Of a stretch of 20,000 bases of DNA, positions 19,912 through 20,000 are shown in pieces. The position numbers and the translations under genes are program-made. The notes under the pieces were generated by a model. The model ran no database searches, was not told where the DNA came from, and was given only the letters and a program-made list of their open reading frames with translations. The stretch comes from an uncultured virus (IMG/VR IMGVR_UViG_3300045125_000130) (Duplodnaviria; Heunggongvirae; Uroviricota; Caudoviricetes). The stretch lies in IMG/VR virus record IMGVR_UViG_3300045125_000130; one strand, written 5' to 3'. Every line of letters begins with the position of its first letter. Within the stretch, counting starts at the first letter, position 1.

Positions 19912-20000
19912 TGAAGGGCGCACGAAAACGCGAAAGCGTTTCACGGATAAATGCGAAAAAAACGGTTAAAAACAATTCCCGCATCAAAGAACGAAGTACA
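19912..20000 (-). other. Oxford Nanopore rapid adapter (phage Mu end plus leader), untrimmed; not biological
   Basis: tgaagggcgcacgaaaacgcgaaagcgtttcacggataaatgcgaaaa matches the reverse complement of the Mu-end/rapid adapter GTTTTCGCATTTATCGTGAAACGCTTTCGCGTTTTTCGTGCGCCGCTTCA with a few errors. It is followed by ggttaaa and gaacgaagtaca (reverse complement of the leader TGTACTTCGTTC). Confidence 0.95.

Noticed and set aside
19912..19963. Mu-like prophage or transposon end
   Set aside because: It is followed by ONT adapter leader sequence and no transposase is present, so it is library-derived.

Overview
This window is a fragment of a large T4-like (huge/jumbo) phage genome. It contains a terminase large subunit, an SbcC/Rad50 C-terminus, a tail-tube-like protein, two HNH nucleases, a Zn deaminase, an SleB-like hydrolase and a translation module (class II LysRS, tRNA-Glu(UUC), tmRNA). 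Its dominant structure is a ~9 kb-arm palindrome: 1866-10884 is mirrored at 10885-19911 around an imperfectly paired ~50 bp apex (AACA|TGTT) that truncates sbcC. The last ~89 nt are an error-containing Oxford Nanopore rapid (Mu-end) adapter in reverse complement. Only about 1-10884 is therefore unique sequence, and the many frameshifts are most likely nanopore consensus errors. The palindrome may reflect a real hairpin end or a fold-back/amplification artefact, and the truncated sbcC favours an artefact. The most interesting biology is a possible phage ribosome-rescue/translation cluster (tmRNA, minimal LysRS, tRNA-Glu, small ArfA-like basic peptide) and a set of extended -10 sigma70 promoters that appear to drive leaderless mRNAs.
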